A stretch of 64,000 nucleotides of DNA, taken from the NCBI GenBank assembly GCA_001179505.1, contig CDMY01000463.1, positions 1 to 64,000 on the forward strand, given 5' to 3'. The notes beneath the pieces are model-generated. The model made no database searches and was not told where the DNA came from. It was given only the letters and a program-made list of their open reading frames with translations. Shown piece by piece: positions 25,438 through 38,104 of the stretch; within the stretch, counting starts at the first letter, position 1; every line of letters begins with the position of its first letter. The position numbers and the translations under genes were made by a program. The stretch is from Vitrella brassicaformis CCMP3155. Its lineage: Eukaryota; Protista; Chromerida.

Positions 25438-27836
25438 TCAGGTGGGCAGTGTGCTGAGTATTTCTTGGAGGTTTGGGTCGACCTCGGTCTTGTGTCTGAT
25501 GGCGTCGCAGAGGACGAAGGCCGTGTCGCGGTCGAACAGGTCGGCGATGTAGATCAGCAGGTGGAAGTCGGCGTACCGGTGCCACGACGGCTCGCTAGAC
25601 GGTACCTTCTTCAAGTACTCCTGATAATGGACCGACCGATAGACCAACCGAAGGGCAGCATGGAAACGTGTTCGTGTGTGGCGCTCTCTCTCTCTCTGTG
25701 TCACTCTCTCTGTGAGTGTGTGTGTGGGTGTGGGTCGGTTGTGTGTGCTCACCCTGACGGCTGCCCTGCTCTGTGTCTCGTTGGGCTGTCGGTTCTCCCG
25801 CGGGAATATCGCGTGCTTGAACATCGAACGAGCCTGTGCACATGTTTCGATGGACAGACAGATGGCTGAACGCTTCTAGTGCTGGTCGGTCTGTCTGTCT
25901 GTCTGTCTGTCGTGTGTGGTATGCTTCGGTGCGTGTGTGCGTGTGTGTGTGTGTGTACCCGTCTAGGTGCAGATTCGTTGACCCTGACGATGAGCCAGTC
26001 GACGTCGAACTTGTCAGTCTCGTGGCCCGACTCCAGAATCTGAGCCATGATCTCGTGCTGCACACATCACATCCATCCACCCACCAATCAATCACACGAC
26101 ATTCAACACATACACACACGTCTGTCTGCCTTTCCTCTCTTATACATTCGCGTGTGTGCTTTGCCGTCCGCACCTTCTTCCTTGGCTTGAGTTGCAGGTG
26201 CCGGGGGTCGGGCGACATCCCCAACACGCCGTCACGCACAAACGCCATGCCCTGATCCACACCACACCACACAGACAGAGTGAGGTTTAGGAGCAAACCC
26301 GCCATTGACTGACACATGCTATGCAGCATCAGCTGACTATGGCGTGTGTGTGTGTCTACCAGGTCGGAGATCATGAATGCGTTGGGTGCGGCGCCGGCGG
26401 CCCCCATGGCCGAGTTGGGGTCGGGCGCGATGGTCAGCGTCACGAACTTGGACACGGGATAAGACGTGAAGTGCTTGTCGCTCAGATGATCCAACTGCAG
26501 CCTGCCATGACATGACGCCGCATATACAACACACATGCCCACCCATCAAACACACACAGGACGGGATGTGCTGTGCTGGTACCAGCGTGGATAATGGGAG
26601 TGTCTGTCTGGGTGTGTTGACCCACTTACCGTGCGATTTTTTGTATCTCGTCTGAGGTGAGCAGCTCGTCTCTGGGGAGGTGTGTGAAGATGTAGCCGAT
26701 GCGCTCGAGGCCCAGCCGACCGGCGACGGCCTCCACCGTGGCGTGGAAGGGGTCGTCCAGAAACTGGATGCCCTCACCCACCTCAACCTTTTGATTGACA
26801 CACCGAACCAACACCAACCACCCCCACACAGACACAGACACAGACACCCACCATACCATCCGCCGTTGACTGACATGGCTGTTCGGTTGGTTGTGTCACT
26901 CACTTACGGTGCCTGCCACCGTGCTGTGCTGTGCTCACCCACCTGTGGCGGCTCGTAGATGGCCTCGAGGACGGCGCGCATGCCCATGGGGTAGTGACTG
27001 TCCTCGACGTAGTAGCCGTACAGCCAGCCGCCCCGCTGGGTGGCGAGCTCGCACTTGTCGGTCCAGTAGCTGCAGAAGTTCTGCATCTCGCTGATGTTCA
27101 TCAGCTCGAGGTGGTCCACGTGGCGGTACGGCTGATGCTTCAGGGTCACTGCTGGCGGCAGCTGCAGTGTACCATACCCACCCCACACACATACACAGAG
27201 GTGGCGGTGGTGGTGCTGGCTGGCTGACGTACCTACCTTTGTCATGCGTCCCATTTCCATGGTGATGGGTGTGAATGTGCGGTGGAAGGGCAGGTCGATG
27301 ACGTTGTACCCGTTGTCGTGCAGAAACTGGTCAAAGTTCTTGAACTTGGGCTCGTCCTTCTTCTCACCATCCACACCACCACCACCACCACCTCCCTGCG
27401 GCGGATGGCTCCCCCCCGACCCCACACTGTCCTGCCGCGACGCAGGCGCACTCGCCCCGCCCTCCTGTTTGCCCGCATCGGAGGCACCGCCACCGCCTGT
27501 CTTGGATGCATCTTTGGGCGGCAGTGGCGGCAGGTCGTCGATCTTCATCTTGGCTGCCGGTGCAATGGCGTCCCCACGGATCTCCACCTTGGCCCCGCCC
27601 GTCACCTTGAGCCAGAGGAGGTCGCCGTGCCGCACCCCGGCATGCGTCAGAGACGCATCGTCGGCCGCTGTGATGGGCTGGGTCAGCTGCTGGTTGGTGT
27701 GCAGCTCCTGCTGCGCTGGCTCGATGTGGCAGTGCTCGGCGATCTTCTGCCGCAGTGTGCCCACGGTGTCCGTCGCCTTGAGAGTCAGCCGCACCCTGCC
27801 GCCGGGCGAGTTGACGCGCAGAACGATGTCCGACAT
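25438..27836 (-). CDS. NPL4: Nuclear protein localization protein 4 (Cdc48/p97 cofactor)
   Basis: N-terminal ubiquitin-like MSDIVLRVNSPGGRVRL, QPYRHVDHLEL, QRGGWLYGYY, VLEAIYEPPQ, LERIGYIFTHLPR, SKFVTLTI, AFMISD and ADFHLLIYIA. Confidence 0.93.
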
Positions 27837-28377
27837 CGGTCAAGGCGCTCTTCTCTCGCTGCTGTGTTGCTGATGCTGCAGGCAGAGCGGTCTTCAGGCG
27901 CTCATCATCGGGCTGCAGAGCAGTGGGCGACGGCAGATTGGGTGGGTGCGCCTTGTGCAGATACGGGTGGAGAGGACAGATTGAGTCTCGTGAAGATCGA
28001 TCACAGATGCGTGTCTGGCGTTCACACACAAAGGGAAAACCCACAAGGAAATCAGGAAATTGCTCCTGTTTTGCAGCTGAGCTCGCACACACTAGGACAT
28101 TACGTGAAAGTGTTCTCCCAGGCAGGCTGTTCGAGAGAAACCACTCCTGGTGCTTTTTTGCGAAGATCAAGTCAGGAAGATCACCGGGAATCTACCTGAC
28201 GCCGCATCAATCAACAGAATCCAAGACAGTCGAGGTGAGGGGCGGCACCATCTCACTACCCATCCACCTCCCAGATCAGCATCCGTCCAGTCCATGGATG
28301 GATCAGCATGCCCTCCACGTGTGTACACGGTGCCCACTGTGTGTGTGTCTTCAGATTGTCAGATCGTCACTCACCCC

Positions 28378-29067
28378 ATGTCCCATTACCTACCCCCCGT
28401 CTAGTACGACCACCCCACCCAGCAGCAACCGGGGCTGCTCGGCCCCCCTACATCACCTCCCTGGGTGCAGCCACCACCTACCAGTGGCCTCCAGGCTCAC
28501 CCGGTGATCCGTGCCCGCGCCCGCCCTCCCAAAAGAGCATCCTGCTGTGACATCCTGGACTGGTGCTGCTGCTGGGGGGAGTCTACACCGCCCCAGACCC
28601 CCTTCCCCCCGTCCACCCCGCCGCTGTCGGACAATTATTCGGGCGGTGGTGAATTCGGGCACTGGCGGCGAGGGCAGACTCCACCGATCTATCGGTCACC
28701 TTACTCGCCGTTGTCATCATCCGGACAACAGACGCCGGTCCGCTACCTCGGGGACATCGGCAATGTCACCCCCCGCAGCGCCGGCGGGCACTCAGTGACG
28801 CTCCCACCGGTTATCAGGCGTCTCCTGGAGCTTCAAGCTCAACAACCCCAAGTCGTCGCGTAAGTGCTCTAAATGTGACACATTGCCTTGGCCTATGTCA
28901 TTTTTTGCGTGTGTGTGTGTATGTGTGTGTGTGTGTGTGTGTGGTTATTCAGTCCTTCCCCCCAGCCGTCGCGACAATCATCGCGAAAGAGCGTGCGGCA
29001 GCAGCAGCCGTTGACGTGGTGGGACATCCTATGCTGTGCCTGGGGGGCCAAGGAGACGACTGACTGA
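28378..29067 (+). CDS. Small Pro/Gln-rich protein with two Cys-Trp motifs; in-frame TAG at codon 9
   Basis: MSHYLPPV*YDHPTQQQPGLLGPP...CCDILDWCCCWGE...QPQVVA|PSPQPSRQSSRK...WWDILCCAWGAKETTD*. Intron GTAAGT...TTCAG joins in frame. TAG at 28402-28404. Confidence 0.5.
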
Positions 29068-30217
29068 CTGACTGACTCTGTCGTTTTGGCCGGACTGTTG
29101 TGGTGCGGAGGGATTGAAGGCGGGTCTGTCTGGGGTAGGTTTGGTGGGCTGTGGGTGAGTCTTCTTCCCTGTTTGCTCTCTCCTCCCGAAGCTGCGTGGA
29201 TGGCCATGCATGCCATTTGTGATCTGTGTGGGTGGCCGGCCACCTGTCTGTCTGTCTGTGGTTCCTTCCCCTTTCTCTGCCCTGCTGCCTACCTCTCCAC
29301 CTCTTGTTCCCATCAGCAGTCTCATATGGCGGGGCAAACGTCGTGTGTGTCGGGTCGGTAAGGGTAAGAGGGCGCTGGTTGCACCCACCGGGCTGGGCTT
29401 GGCGGCTGCTCGCCGATCTTCTGCAGTCAGTGTGCTGTCTGTGATGGCTCTCTTTGGTTTCGGCGCCTCATTTGTCTGTCTGTCTGCGCTTGCACGTGCG
29501 TGTGCCGGCAGCCCTCGTGGCTGCAACGCCACGCATTCATTCACTGCTGAGGGAGGGAGGGAGGGAGGGAGGGAGTGGCGGTGAGTGAGCGGAGGTCACT
29601 ATTCTCTCCTATCACGCACTAGTTTGCGGCCAGGAACAGGTTCTTTTTCTTCGTGTGTTCGATCATAGGGATTGACTTCTGTGTCCTTCTCTTCTCTGAG
29701 TCGCAGTGCCCGATTTCTCGGTGAGCATCAGGGCTGCATTCATTTTGACTGCTTGGCTGTGCACGAGTTGCCTGGCCTTCATCTGCTCTGACTGTTTGGC
29801 CATGTGGGGAGTGAGTGGGTGCTGGGGAGGAAGGCGTGTGTGTTGGGAGAGAGGGGGCGGGGGGCGGGCGAGGGAGGGAGGGAGGGAAGAAGATGCGAAA
29901 GAAACGGAGAGTCTTGACTTCGTAACGAGTCACACTGTTCCGTAAACCAGGGGCTGGCTATTTTTTTTGTGTGTCTTCCTGATTTCTCGGGCTGCCTCAG
30001 GATGGCGATGCGTGTGTGGGAGACGCAGCGAATGGACTCATATACATTACATTAACGATACGCAGTCATCTCTCCGTGAATCAGTACGAATCAGTCAATC
30101 GTCACACCCACACACCGCCATGCGGCAAGGAGGCAAAAAGAACCTGCTTGCCCCGTCCATGGACAGGCTCACACACGGGCACACAGCACACGAAACTCAT
30201 CGAATTGAATTGGTCAG

Positions 30218-32078
30218 TCAGCTGATGAAGGAAAAGTTGGTGGCGATCTTCTGGCAGACTGACGGATCACGAAGATCCACAGAAACACACACACACAATC
30301 TTTTGTCTGTGGGGTTACGTGTGTGGATGGCTGCCTGTGTTGCGGGCTGACCGTGTTCGCCATACACCACGCCCTTTTCGCTCTTGCCGCCGGCCGCCCC
30401 GTCTGCCGATGTGATATAGGCGTCGAAGTTAGGCTCGTAAAAGACGACCACACTGGTGCGATACTGGCCGCCCCGGTTGACCACTCTGTGCGGCGTCGCC
30501 CGCCACTTGCCGCCTGAATGGCATGAGTGGAGAGAGAGACAGATCAATCAGATCGATGACAGACAGCGTCAAGTCAGACGAGAGAGAGGCGTCTTTTGTC
30601 CACCGCATAGTGTTGGAGTGTCGTTAGTTACCTGTCCATACGGACAGCATGTCTCCCAGGTTCACAACCAGTGTTCCTGCAGCCAGCCAGCCAACGAACA
30701 ACCAATTCCAACGAGAAGAGAACCAATCAATCTGTACCGACGTGTGCGTCGGCACGGCATGAGTCACCTACCTTTCCGAGGCGTCACATCGACCCACTCG
30801 CCATGCAGCGTCTGCGCCTGGAGGGCGCCTGACAAACAAATAGCCCAATACACGCACGTATACGCACCCATTTCGAATGGTGAGGATATCACGCCACGCC
30901 TCCCTCTCTCGTTAGTTTCCCGTTGCTCACTTTGGGTGTCGTCCTGGTTGAGCAGCGTGACGAACCCTGAACGAGACAATCCTCCATGAAGTGACCAAAT
31001 CACAGCCGGCGCTTGCGCCACTCTCACGTACCGTAGTCTGACCACCAACAGACAGCACACACAGGCCGATGCGTGCAGAGCGTTCTCTCTCTCTCTCTCT
31101 CTTTCCTCCCTCCCTCCCTCCCTCACCAGTGTGTTCTCCGCAGCCCACTCCGTTCTGCATGCTGTCCCCTCCCTCACGCACACAGCACGACGCGCCATCT
31201 TCAGGCGGGGGATACCCAATCACTCGCAGGCAAAAGAATGACTTGTCCGTTAGGCTGCTAAGCGCGTCCTCGGCCAGGCCAAGCGCCAGAGCCATGATGC
31301 GGACCAGCACGTCTCCAAGCTTGAGCATCTGTGCGATGTACTGTGTGTAGAGGGCCTCGAAGGAAGCGTCAGGCCACTGGTTTTTGCCCCTCACAAAGGC
31401 ATCCTGATCACATCACACAGACGATAGACAGGCAAACAGGCATGACATAAAGCATCATCCATCCATCGTCCACCGATACCTCCCTCCCCCTCAAGGCATC
31501 GCCTCTCTGACCATTTTCTGCACGACATCGGTCCGCAGGTGCTGTGTGGGTATCCTGAGTGCCGCCACATCGTTTATTTCCCGCCAGACGTCGAGCGCCT
31601 CGTGCAGATCCCTCCGGCCCTTGGTCACATTCTCCCCGACAGCCTGATAACCTGACACGCACGAAGACGCACAGACAGAGAGTGAGTGAGGAGTACAAAC
31701 AGGCTGTCGACTGTATGTTGTCACCTCACCTCTGCCCATGTATTTGTTGTCGGCCATTTCGATGCGCATCTTGTCGTGCAGTGGCAGCTGGAAGAAGGCC
31801 TTGGCGCCTGCATGCACCTCCTCCAACAGACCCTCATCCACACCATGTCCTGCAGTGCACCACATAACAAGCAGAACAGGGAAGATGAATCAAAAGGCCT
31901 CTCTCTCCTTTGCCTGCACGCTATCGGCCGGCCCAAGCTTGCCTTTGATGTAGAAGAACCCCACCTCCCTGCAAGCGTTGTCTATCTCTGTGACCACTCG
32001 CTGGTGCGCATCGTCCTGGGATGATCCGTCGACGAACGGCGAGATGTCAATCGTGGGAATGGCGTCTTCTGCAGCCAT
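30218..32078 (-). CDS. 2-oxoglutarate/Fe(II)-dependent dioxygenase, isopenicillin-N-synthase-like (DIOX_N plus 2OG-FeII_Oxy)
   Basis: [20 protein letters not shown]|[33 protein letters not shown]|DY|[26 protein letters not shown] and [13 protein letters not shown]. The HxD...H and RxS motifs are complete only if the 6-nt exon 31032-31037 is included. Confidence 0.93.
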
Positions 32079-32516
32079 CCCCCAAAGCGTCTGCTTCTTG
32101 ATTGCTTTCCTTCGAGCTTGCACTTGACAAGATCGCGTGGCTCTTCGGCGGCCGTGCGTTCGCAGGAGTCTCGCTGTTCGATTTGTGCCGAGGTGGAATC
32201 GCCTTGCCCTTCTGTGTTCGTTTCACGCCGACCCGAACACAAAAAAGCTCCCCTCGCGCTAAGGGAGCGAGGGAGCCATCTCGGATGCGACGACGCATGC
32301 AAATCTAAAGATCGACTGACATGAAGCATCAGCCCATCCTCAGCTCTCCATGACACAAAGTTCTTCCACCCTTGCGCCCACCGATCGGCCCATCCATCCA
32401 TCCATCCATCCATTCCATCCATCCATCCATCCATCCATCCATTCCATCCCAGTGCACATTCGTTCTCTCCAGCCACACCCAGACATCCACATCGAGTCAG
32501 TCACTCAGTCAGTCAG

Positions 32517-34235
32517 TCAAGTACTCACTGTCTCTGCAGCACGTCCAGCCGCTGGGCCGCCACAGCACTCGCCGCCATGTAGGGAGCGTCCTTTAGCGGC
32601 AAGCCGTCTAATGCAGCCTACAACACACCAGACAGACACACACATGTAAGAGAGCAATGTTGGGCCTCCCGGATCGATGCGCAGCTGTCGAGGCACCTTC
32701 ACAAGCAGCAGCTGGGGTTTGTTGAGCTGCGTGATGATCGAGTTGGCGATGTCGCTGCGCTTGTCTTGGAAGGCCAAATACAGCTGCTCGGCCTGTCAGT
32801 TAGTGACATGGACAAACAGACATCGATCCGATCATGCCAGCAACGTCCATTTCTCTTCTCGATCGCATTCATACGTCTCCATGTAGACGTACGTACCAGA
32901 TGTGTGGCCATCTGCTGGTCAGCCTGATTCGTCTGCGCCAGTGTGGTGCCGACAGCATGATTAGCTGAAGATGCTGCCGACATCGGCACACTCACTGCTG
33001 CTTCCGATTTGACAGTCCCTGCAGTCGTGTCTCTGTGCTTGTCTTCCCTCTTTTCCTCCTTCCTCTCAACCGACGCGGTCTCAGCTGTCTTGCGGGTCAT
33101 GTCAGTGAGCGACCTGAGCGCCGCAGCAACGTTCTGCACCTCCTCGGCCACCCGATGGTCGTTCACCAGACCCCTGGGAAAACAAAGACGAGACGCCACT
33201 CGTGTCTCGCGCCTTATCCCATTTATCACCTATGCGTCATTACCTGACGGCCATGGCCATGTCGTCTAGCGCCATTTGCTGGGATGTGAGGCCGAGAAGA
33301 GACGGAACAGTCGAGGTGGTTGAATTGTGTGGCGCGGACGCCGGTGGCAGGGGCTGTGACTGGAGCAGCACCAGACTTCGGAGGGCGGCTGCCGTGTCTG
33401 CTATCAGCTGCGTGTCGGCGTGGCTGGGCGGGCCGCCCAGTGGCGAAGAACTGGCGGCGCTCGGCGTGCTGAACGTCTTGAGCGCCCTGGCAGTATCGTG
33501 GAGGGCCTTCTGACGATTCGGAAGCACGATGTCCTCACCAGCAGCCTGAACACACGCCAACGAGCGAGGAGACAATGCGAGTGCCAATCGCGACCGCGCG
33601 CTGACCCCCTTGGCGGCATCCAGGTGGTCTCTCTCTTCCCCAACGAGCGACCTCAGCGCCGATGCGGTGTTGACGGTCTCATCGTCCATCCGACCCACAT
33701 GCCTTATAGACGTCCGCAGCGCCCCAGCCACATTGTTGACGGCCGACTCCCTGCCAGACACAGCCATCAGCTCCTCTGCCTTGAGTGCCTCCAGCTGGGT
33801 GCTGTTGCCCGAGACACCTTGCCGACCCTGCCTGCTGGTTGTGAACAGGTCCAGGAAAGAGAGAGTCATCTGCTGCTGCTGCGGCTGGTCCGGCGTCAAG
33901 TGCATCACAGCGAGGGAAACGAGCGCCGCTGCCGTGTCTTTGACGATGAGGGAGCCGCCCATTCCCTGCCCGAGCGAGTCCGAAGCCAAGTCTTTCAGTG
34001 CAGACGCAGTGTGGTGCAGCGCCCCTTGTCTGTCGGTCAAAATTCTCTCTATGGTCGACAAGCTTGTCGACGAAGAGGCCTGGGACGCCTGCAGGTGGGA
34101 GGGCTGCGTGAGCTCATCGATGTGCCGCAGTAGCGAAGAGTAGCGGCCCAAGTTGAGTGATCCGAGTCTGCCAGTGTCCACAGCAGTCGATTCTGCAGCG
34201 AGAAACAGGAAGACAGCAAATAGTGCGATGGGCAT
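32517..34235 (-). CDS. Putative secreted protein with about 7 dispersed [TV]A[AS]AL[RK]x[LF] helical repeats
   Basis: Signal-peptide-like MPIALFAVFLFLAAESTA at 34235. Long open exon to 33247, then in-frame spliced exons. The 3' end is approximate. Confidence 0.6.
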
Positions 34236-34434
34236 GTGGGGTGTGGATGTCCGGGGGAGCAGCCGATGGAGCAGAAAGGGATGGAATGGGGATAGGCTGA
34301 GACGCCGAGACTGAGACTCGGGTAAAGAAGGCATTGGAATGATCAGGATCAGTGCAAATGGTGTCAAGGGGGCATACAGGCAGCCTCCCAGTGTCCTAAG
34401 CAGCCGAAAAAAAGGGGCGGGCGGAAAAGCTTCG

Positions 34435-34462
34435 CCTAGGGTGCTCCCTGAAACCGCTGCGA
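34435..34462 (+). repeat. 28-bp element CCTAGGGTGCTCCCTGAAACCGCTGCGA, copy 2
   Basis: Exact match to 13478-13505. Ends 23 bp upstream of the dolichol kinase ATG. Confidence 0.9.
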
Positions 34463-34485
34463 GACAAAGAGTCGATGGAGCAATC

Positions 34486-37400
34486 ATGACGCTTTGGGCG
34501 ACAGCATGGAGTTCGCTGCGTCTGGAGGGCTGCCTCACGCTGGCAGCGTCAGCGATGCTGGCGCGAGAGTACCGGCTGGCCATCCTCATGACATCCATCG
34601 CTGCCGTGGCCACACAAGTGAAGCGGCGGAAGACAGATGGACAGCAGGGAGAAGATCCGAAAGCCAGATCTGTCTTCTACGAGGAGCGGCAGACGCCTCA
34701 CGGAAGCGTGGCCTTTGCTGTGATTGCCCTGCCGACCCTGATAGCATCCAGCCCCCTGCAGTCATTGCGCAGAGGTCAGTCAGGCTGCACGCCACCAAAG
34801 GAATGAATGGATGGATGGCACTGTGGGCACATTCGGTGTGTGTTGGTTGCAACAGGAGTGTACAGGAGCGCGGTGATCTGTTGCCTTCTGGGGTCTGTGC
34901 AGGCGCTCATCGACCGCACTGTGGGTCACCTGATGGGTGTGACGGCACACGCCATCGAGCTCATTGTGCTCACGGGCATTCCCAAGCTCATACACCTGTT
35001 CACTGCGCCCGAAGGTGATGATGATGATGATCTGCCCTGCCCACACACACGGACGGACGGGTGTTTAAATGTCATTAATCGTGCTGACCTTGTTGTCTGT
35101 CGTCTGTCTGTCAGATGTGGGTGCGAACGACTATCTGTCTTGGTTCCCGCTGTGTTTTTTCGTGCTGCATAAGCTGCTGACGTATGCCTGCTTTCGACTG
35201 TCACCTAGGTGAGAAGCATCGGCAACAGGAGGCAGGCACGTGTGGACGGACCATCACGCCGTCCTTGTGCTTCCTCCGTTTGGTCATCAGGTGTTACACC
35301 TTTGTCGAGGGCTGTCTTGTGTCTGGCTGCGGGGCGCTGGTCGGCGCGGCAGCCATCGTGGGAGCCACCAAGGTATGCAGACAGACAGAGGGGAAAGAAA
35401 TGCACCACATTCTCTCGCTCTTGCTTTAAATGTCAGGGATTCATCGGCTGGGCGCCTCCTACGACCTTCTCTGCCGTGATGGTGCTGGTGATTGGGAGCT
35501 GGATCGCACTCGCCACACTAGTATACCGCACAATCCCGCCCAAGTACAGGGCGGCTGGAGGGCTGGCGGGGCTGCTGGTGGCCATGGGGGTGTTCATGGG
35601 GTGGGGGCTGCGATTCCCTGCACACTGGAGGAGATTCGCTGCTGGTCAGCTGGCACATGGCGCGCATACGCACACGGGGACACACACACACGCACACACA
35701 CATACATCCGACGGTATGTATTGCCTCCTTCACAGATCCCCCATTTATGTGGCTGTTGCGTGCGGTGTTCGAGCACCCCACCCGCCGATGGCTGACGCTC
35801 TACTGGCTCACATGCCTAGCCGTCGGCGTGCCAACGATCCACTTCATCGCTCGCATGATACCCACATCCCCACCCACACCCACACACACCCAGACAGAAC
35901 CAACGGCACAGAACAAGCCAGACCGAGATCGAGATCGAGATCGAAAACGAGGGCGGGAGCGAGGGGGTGAGGATGACGGCACCCAGGTGCAGTCGGAGAC
36001 GGGCTCTGCGTCAACTGTGGGCACGTCGCCGTCAGCTCAGTGTGTGGAGGACATGGCAGTGGATAACGCTGCCCACAACGGGCTACGTGAACTGAGGAGG
36101 GATAATGGCGCGGTATCTGTATCTGCTGCTGTGGGTGGACGGGACGAAAGCGGTGATGGTGACAGGGGGAGGCGGCGGCTGGTCATACTGCGGAAGCTTT
36201 TTCATGTGCTGGCGGCCGTGCTCTTCCTGCCGCCCATACAGATGAAAGAGGTACGTCACGTCGATCGATGGATCACTGGATGGATGGATGGTGTTGCGTT
36301 CGTTGTGCAGGTAGAGTTCTTGGGTTTGGCGCTCTTTGTGGCATTCATACTCTTTCTTGTCGTCGAAACATGCAGGTAACTTAAGTAATTGCAGACAGAC
36401 AGACAGACAGACACACAGACAGAAGCCCTGTGTGATGTGATCGTCCTTTTCTACGCGTACGCATTTGGTGTGTGTCGTATACAGGGCGACTGAGGTGATC
36501 GGCATCGGGCCGATACTGCAGCAATTTGTCGACCGGTACGTACCGACCGAAGCCCTCACACGAAATCTCCCTGCGGGTGAGGTGACGGTGGTGTGTATGT
36601 TGTGGTTTGTGTTGTGTGTGCAGGTATCTGGACGACCGTGACAGCAACGGTTTGGTGCTGACACACATCTATCTCCTGACGGGGTGCGCCATGCCCATCT
36701 GGCTAGAAGCCATCGCATCAGAAGCAGGTCAAGACAGACACCACACACACACAGCCAGCTCGCCGACGCGACACATACACCTGTTTGTTCTTCTCGGTGA
36801 TTCATGGTGTGTGGTGTCGTGTCGGTGGGTGCGGTGCTCAGGTGCGTCCCCCAGTGCTCTGAGGGCATCGCTGGGCATCCTCACGGTCGCTGTAGGGGAC
36901 GCCGCGGTACGGACGGCACACCACACCACACCCACATAAGCCAGGCAGCTTACGACCATGGTTGGTTGGTTGGTCGGTTGGTTGGTCGATGGATGCCTTG
37001 CTTGCTTCAGGCAGCGGTCATTGGCGTGACTGTGGGCCGCATCAGGTGGTGGGGGTCTATTAAAAGCGTCGAGGGTAAGTGCATTAATGACGCTCACCAG
37101 ACGGACATACATACAGACAGACAGACAGACAATGACACCGCCAGCCTCTGATGTCCGTCTGATGTGGCCCGCCTGCCTGGCTGCCTGCCTGCCTGCCTGC
37201 ATCCATCGATCAGGCACGTTGGCCTTTGCCCTTGTGGGGTCCATTGTGGCCGTCACATCCGGACTCGCAACCATACAGGTGACTCACATAAAGCCCAATA
37301 GACACTGGTAGGTCGTCTCGGCATGGTTGTTGGCCGCGTGTCTGGCAGAACACAGCCGAGCTGCATCTGCTGCGCGTGTGTCTGCTGCTGACGGCCGTCG

Positions 37401-37629
37401 TAGAGGTGAGTAGGCAGAGAGAGAGAGAGCGTGCGCACAGATGGCAATCTTGCCATATTTGTGAGAGGCTTTTGCTGTCGTGTGCTTCATTCAGACCTTC
37501 ACGGCAGACGTCGACAACGTGATATTGCCCGTGTTCATTTGCTGCATCTATAATTCGTTCAGGCCAATGCTGGCCGCCCTTCCCGACACCATACTACACC
37601 CAGCCACACCCGGCCACCTGACTGAGTGA
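34486..37629 (+). CDS. DOLK: Dolichol kinase (SEC59/DOLK)
   Basis: Multi-TM protein with [52 protein letters not shown]|AAVIG..G...W.GSIKSVEG and [12 protein letters not shown]. Stop TGA at 37627-37629. Confidence 0.9.
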
Positions 37630-38104
37630 CGATGGATGACGGGCGGCTCGGCCTGCAATACCGCTGTGCACGTGTGTCCCTATTTGTCGAACTGGATGGA
37701 TCCATGGATGGATGGATGGATGTGGTGTCTGTGGTGTATGTGCAGTCTGCATGCCATGCGTGGGTTGTCTGGACAGCCCAGCGGTCTTTGTTTGTATAGC
37801 TTCCTGTCTGTCTGTGTGGTGCACTGCATGTGATGAGGTGACGCCAAGTGGCTGTGCGTGAAGTGAAAGCGAAAAGCAATGCATTCATCGTATTCACCTT
37901 CAACCGTTTTACGCTACCCCGCCCCACAATTGGTTTGACTCCCCTCCTCGGCAGTTTTTGTTAGTTGCCAATAGGGAGCCGCTGTGACGCCCGTCAGGTA
38001 AGTGTGCCCTCCCAGCACCACAAACGCCGCCGCTGACTCGAGTCGCTTCTGCTGCCTGCCTCCAGGCGGTGTTATCAAGTGGGTAGGTCACATCAATCAC
38101 CAGG

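Noticed and set aside
8519-28404. Possible TAG-to-sense genetic code reassignment suggested by two in-frame TAGs
   Set aside because: Several well-conserved genes here end in TAG (11551, 17521, 24681, 40706), and conserved exons have no internal TAG.
29100-29950. Short ORFs between the Pro-rich gene and the 2OG oxygenase
   Set aside because: No consistent splice chain or recognisable motif; the sequence is mostly low-complexity or UTR-like.
31470-31510. Stop after MVREAMP in the 2OG oxygenase ORF
   Set aside because: It lies inside an intron (ATG|GTCAGA...GATCAG|GAT) that joins in phase 0.
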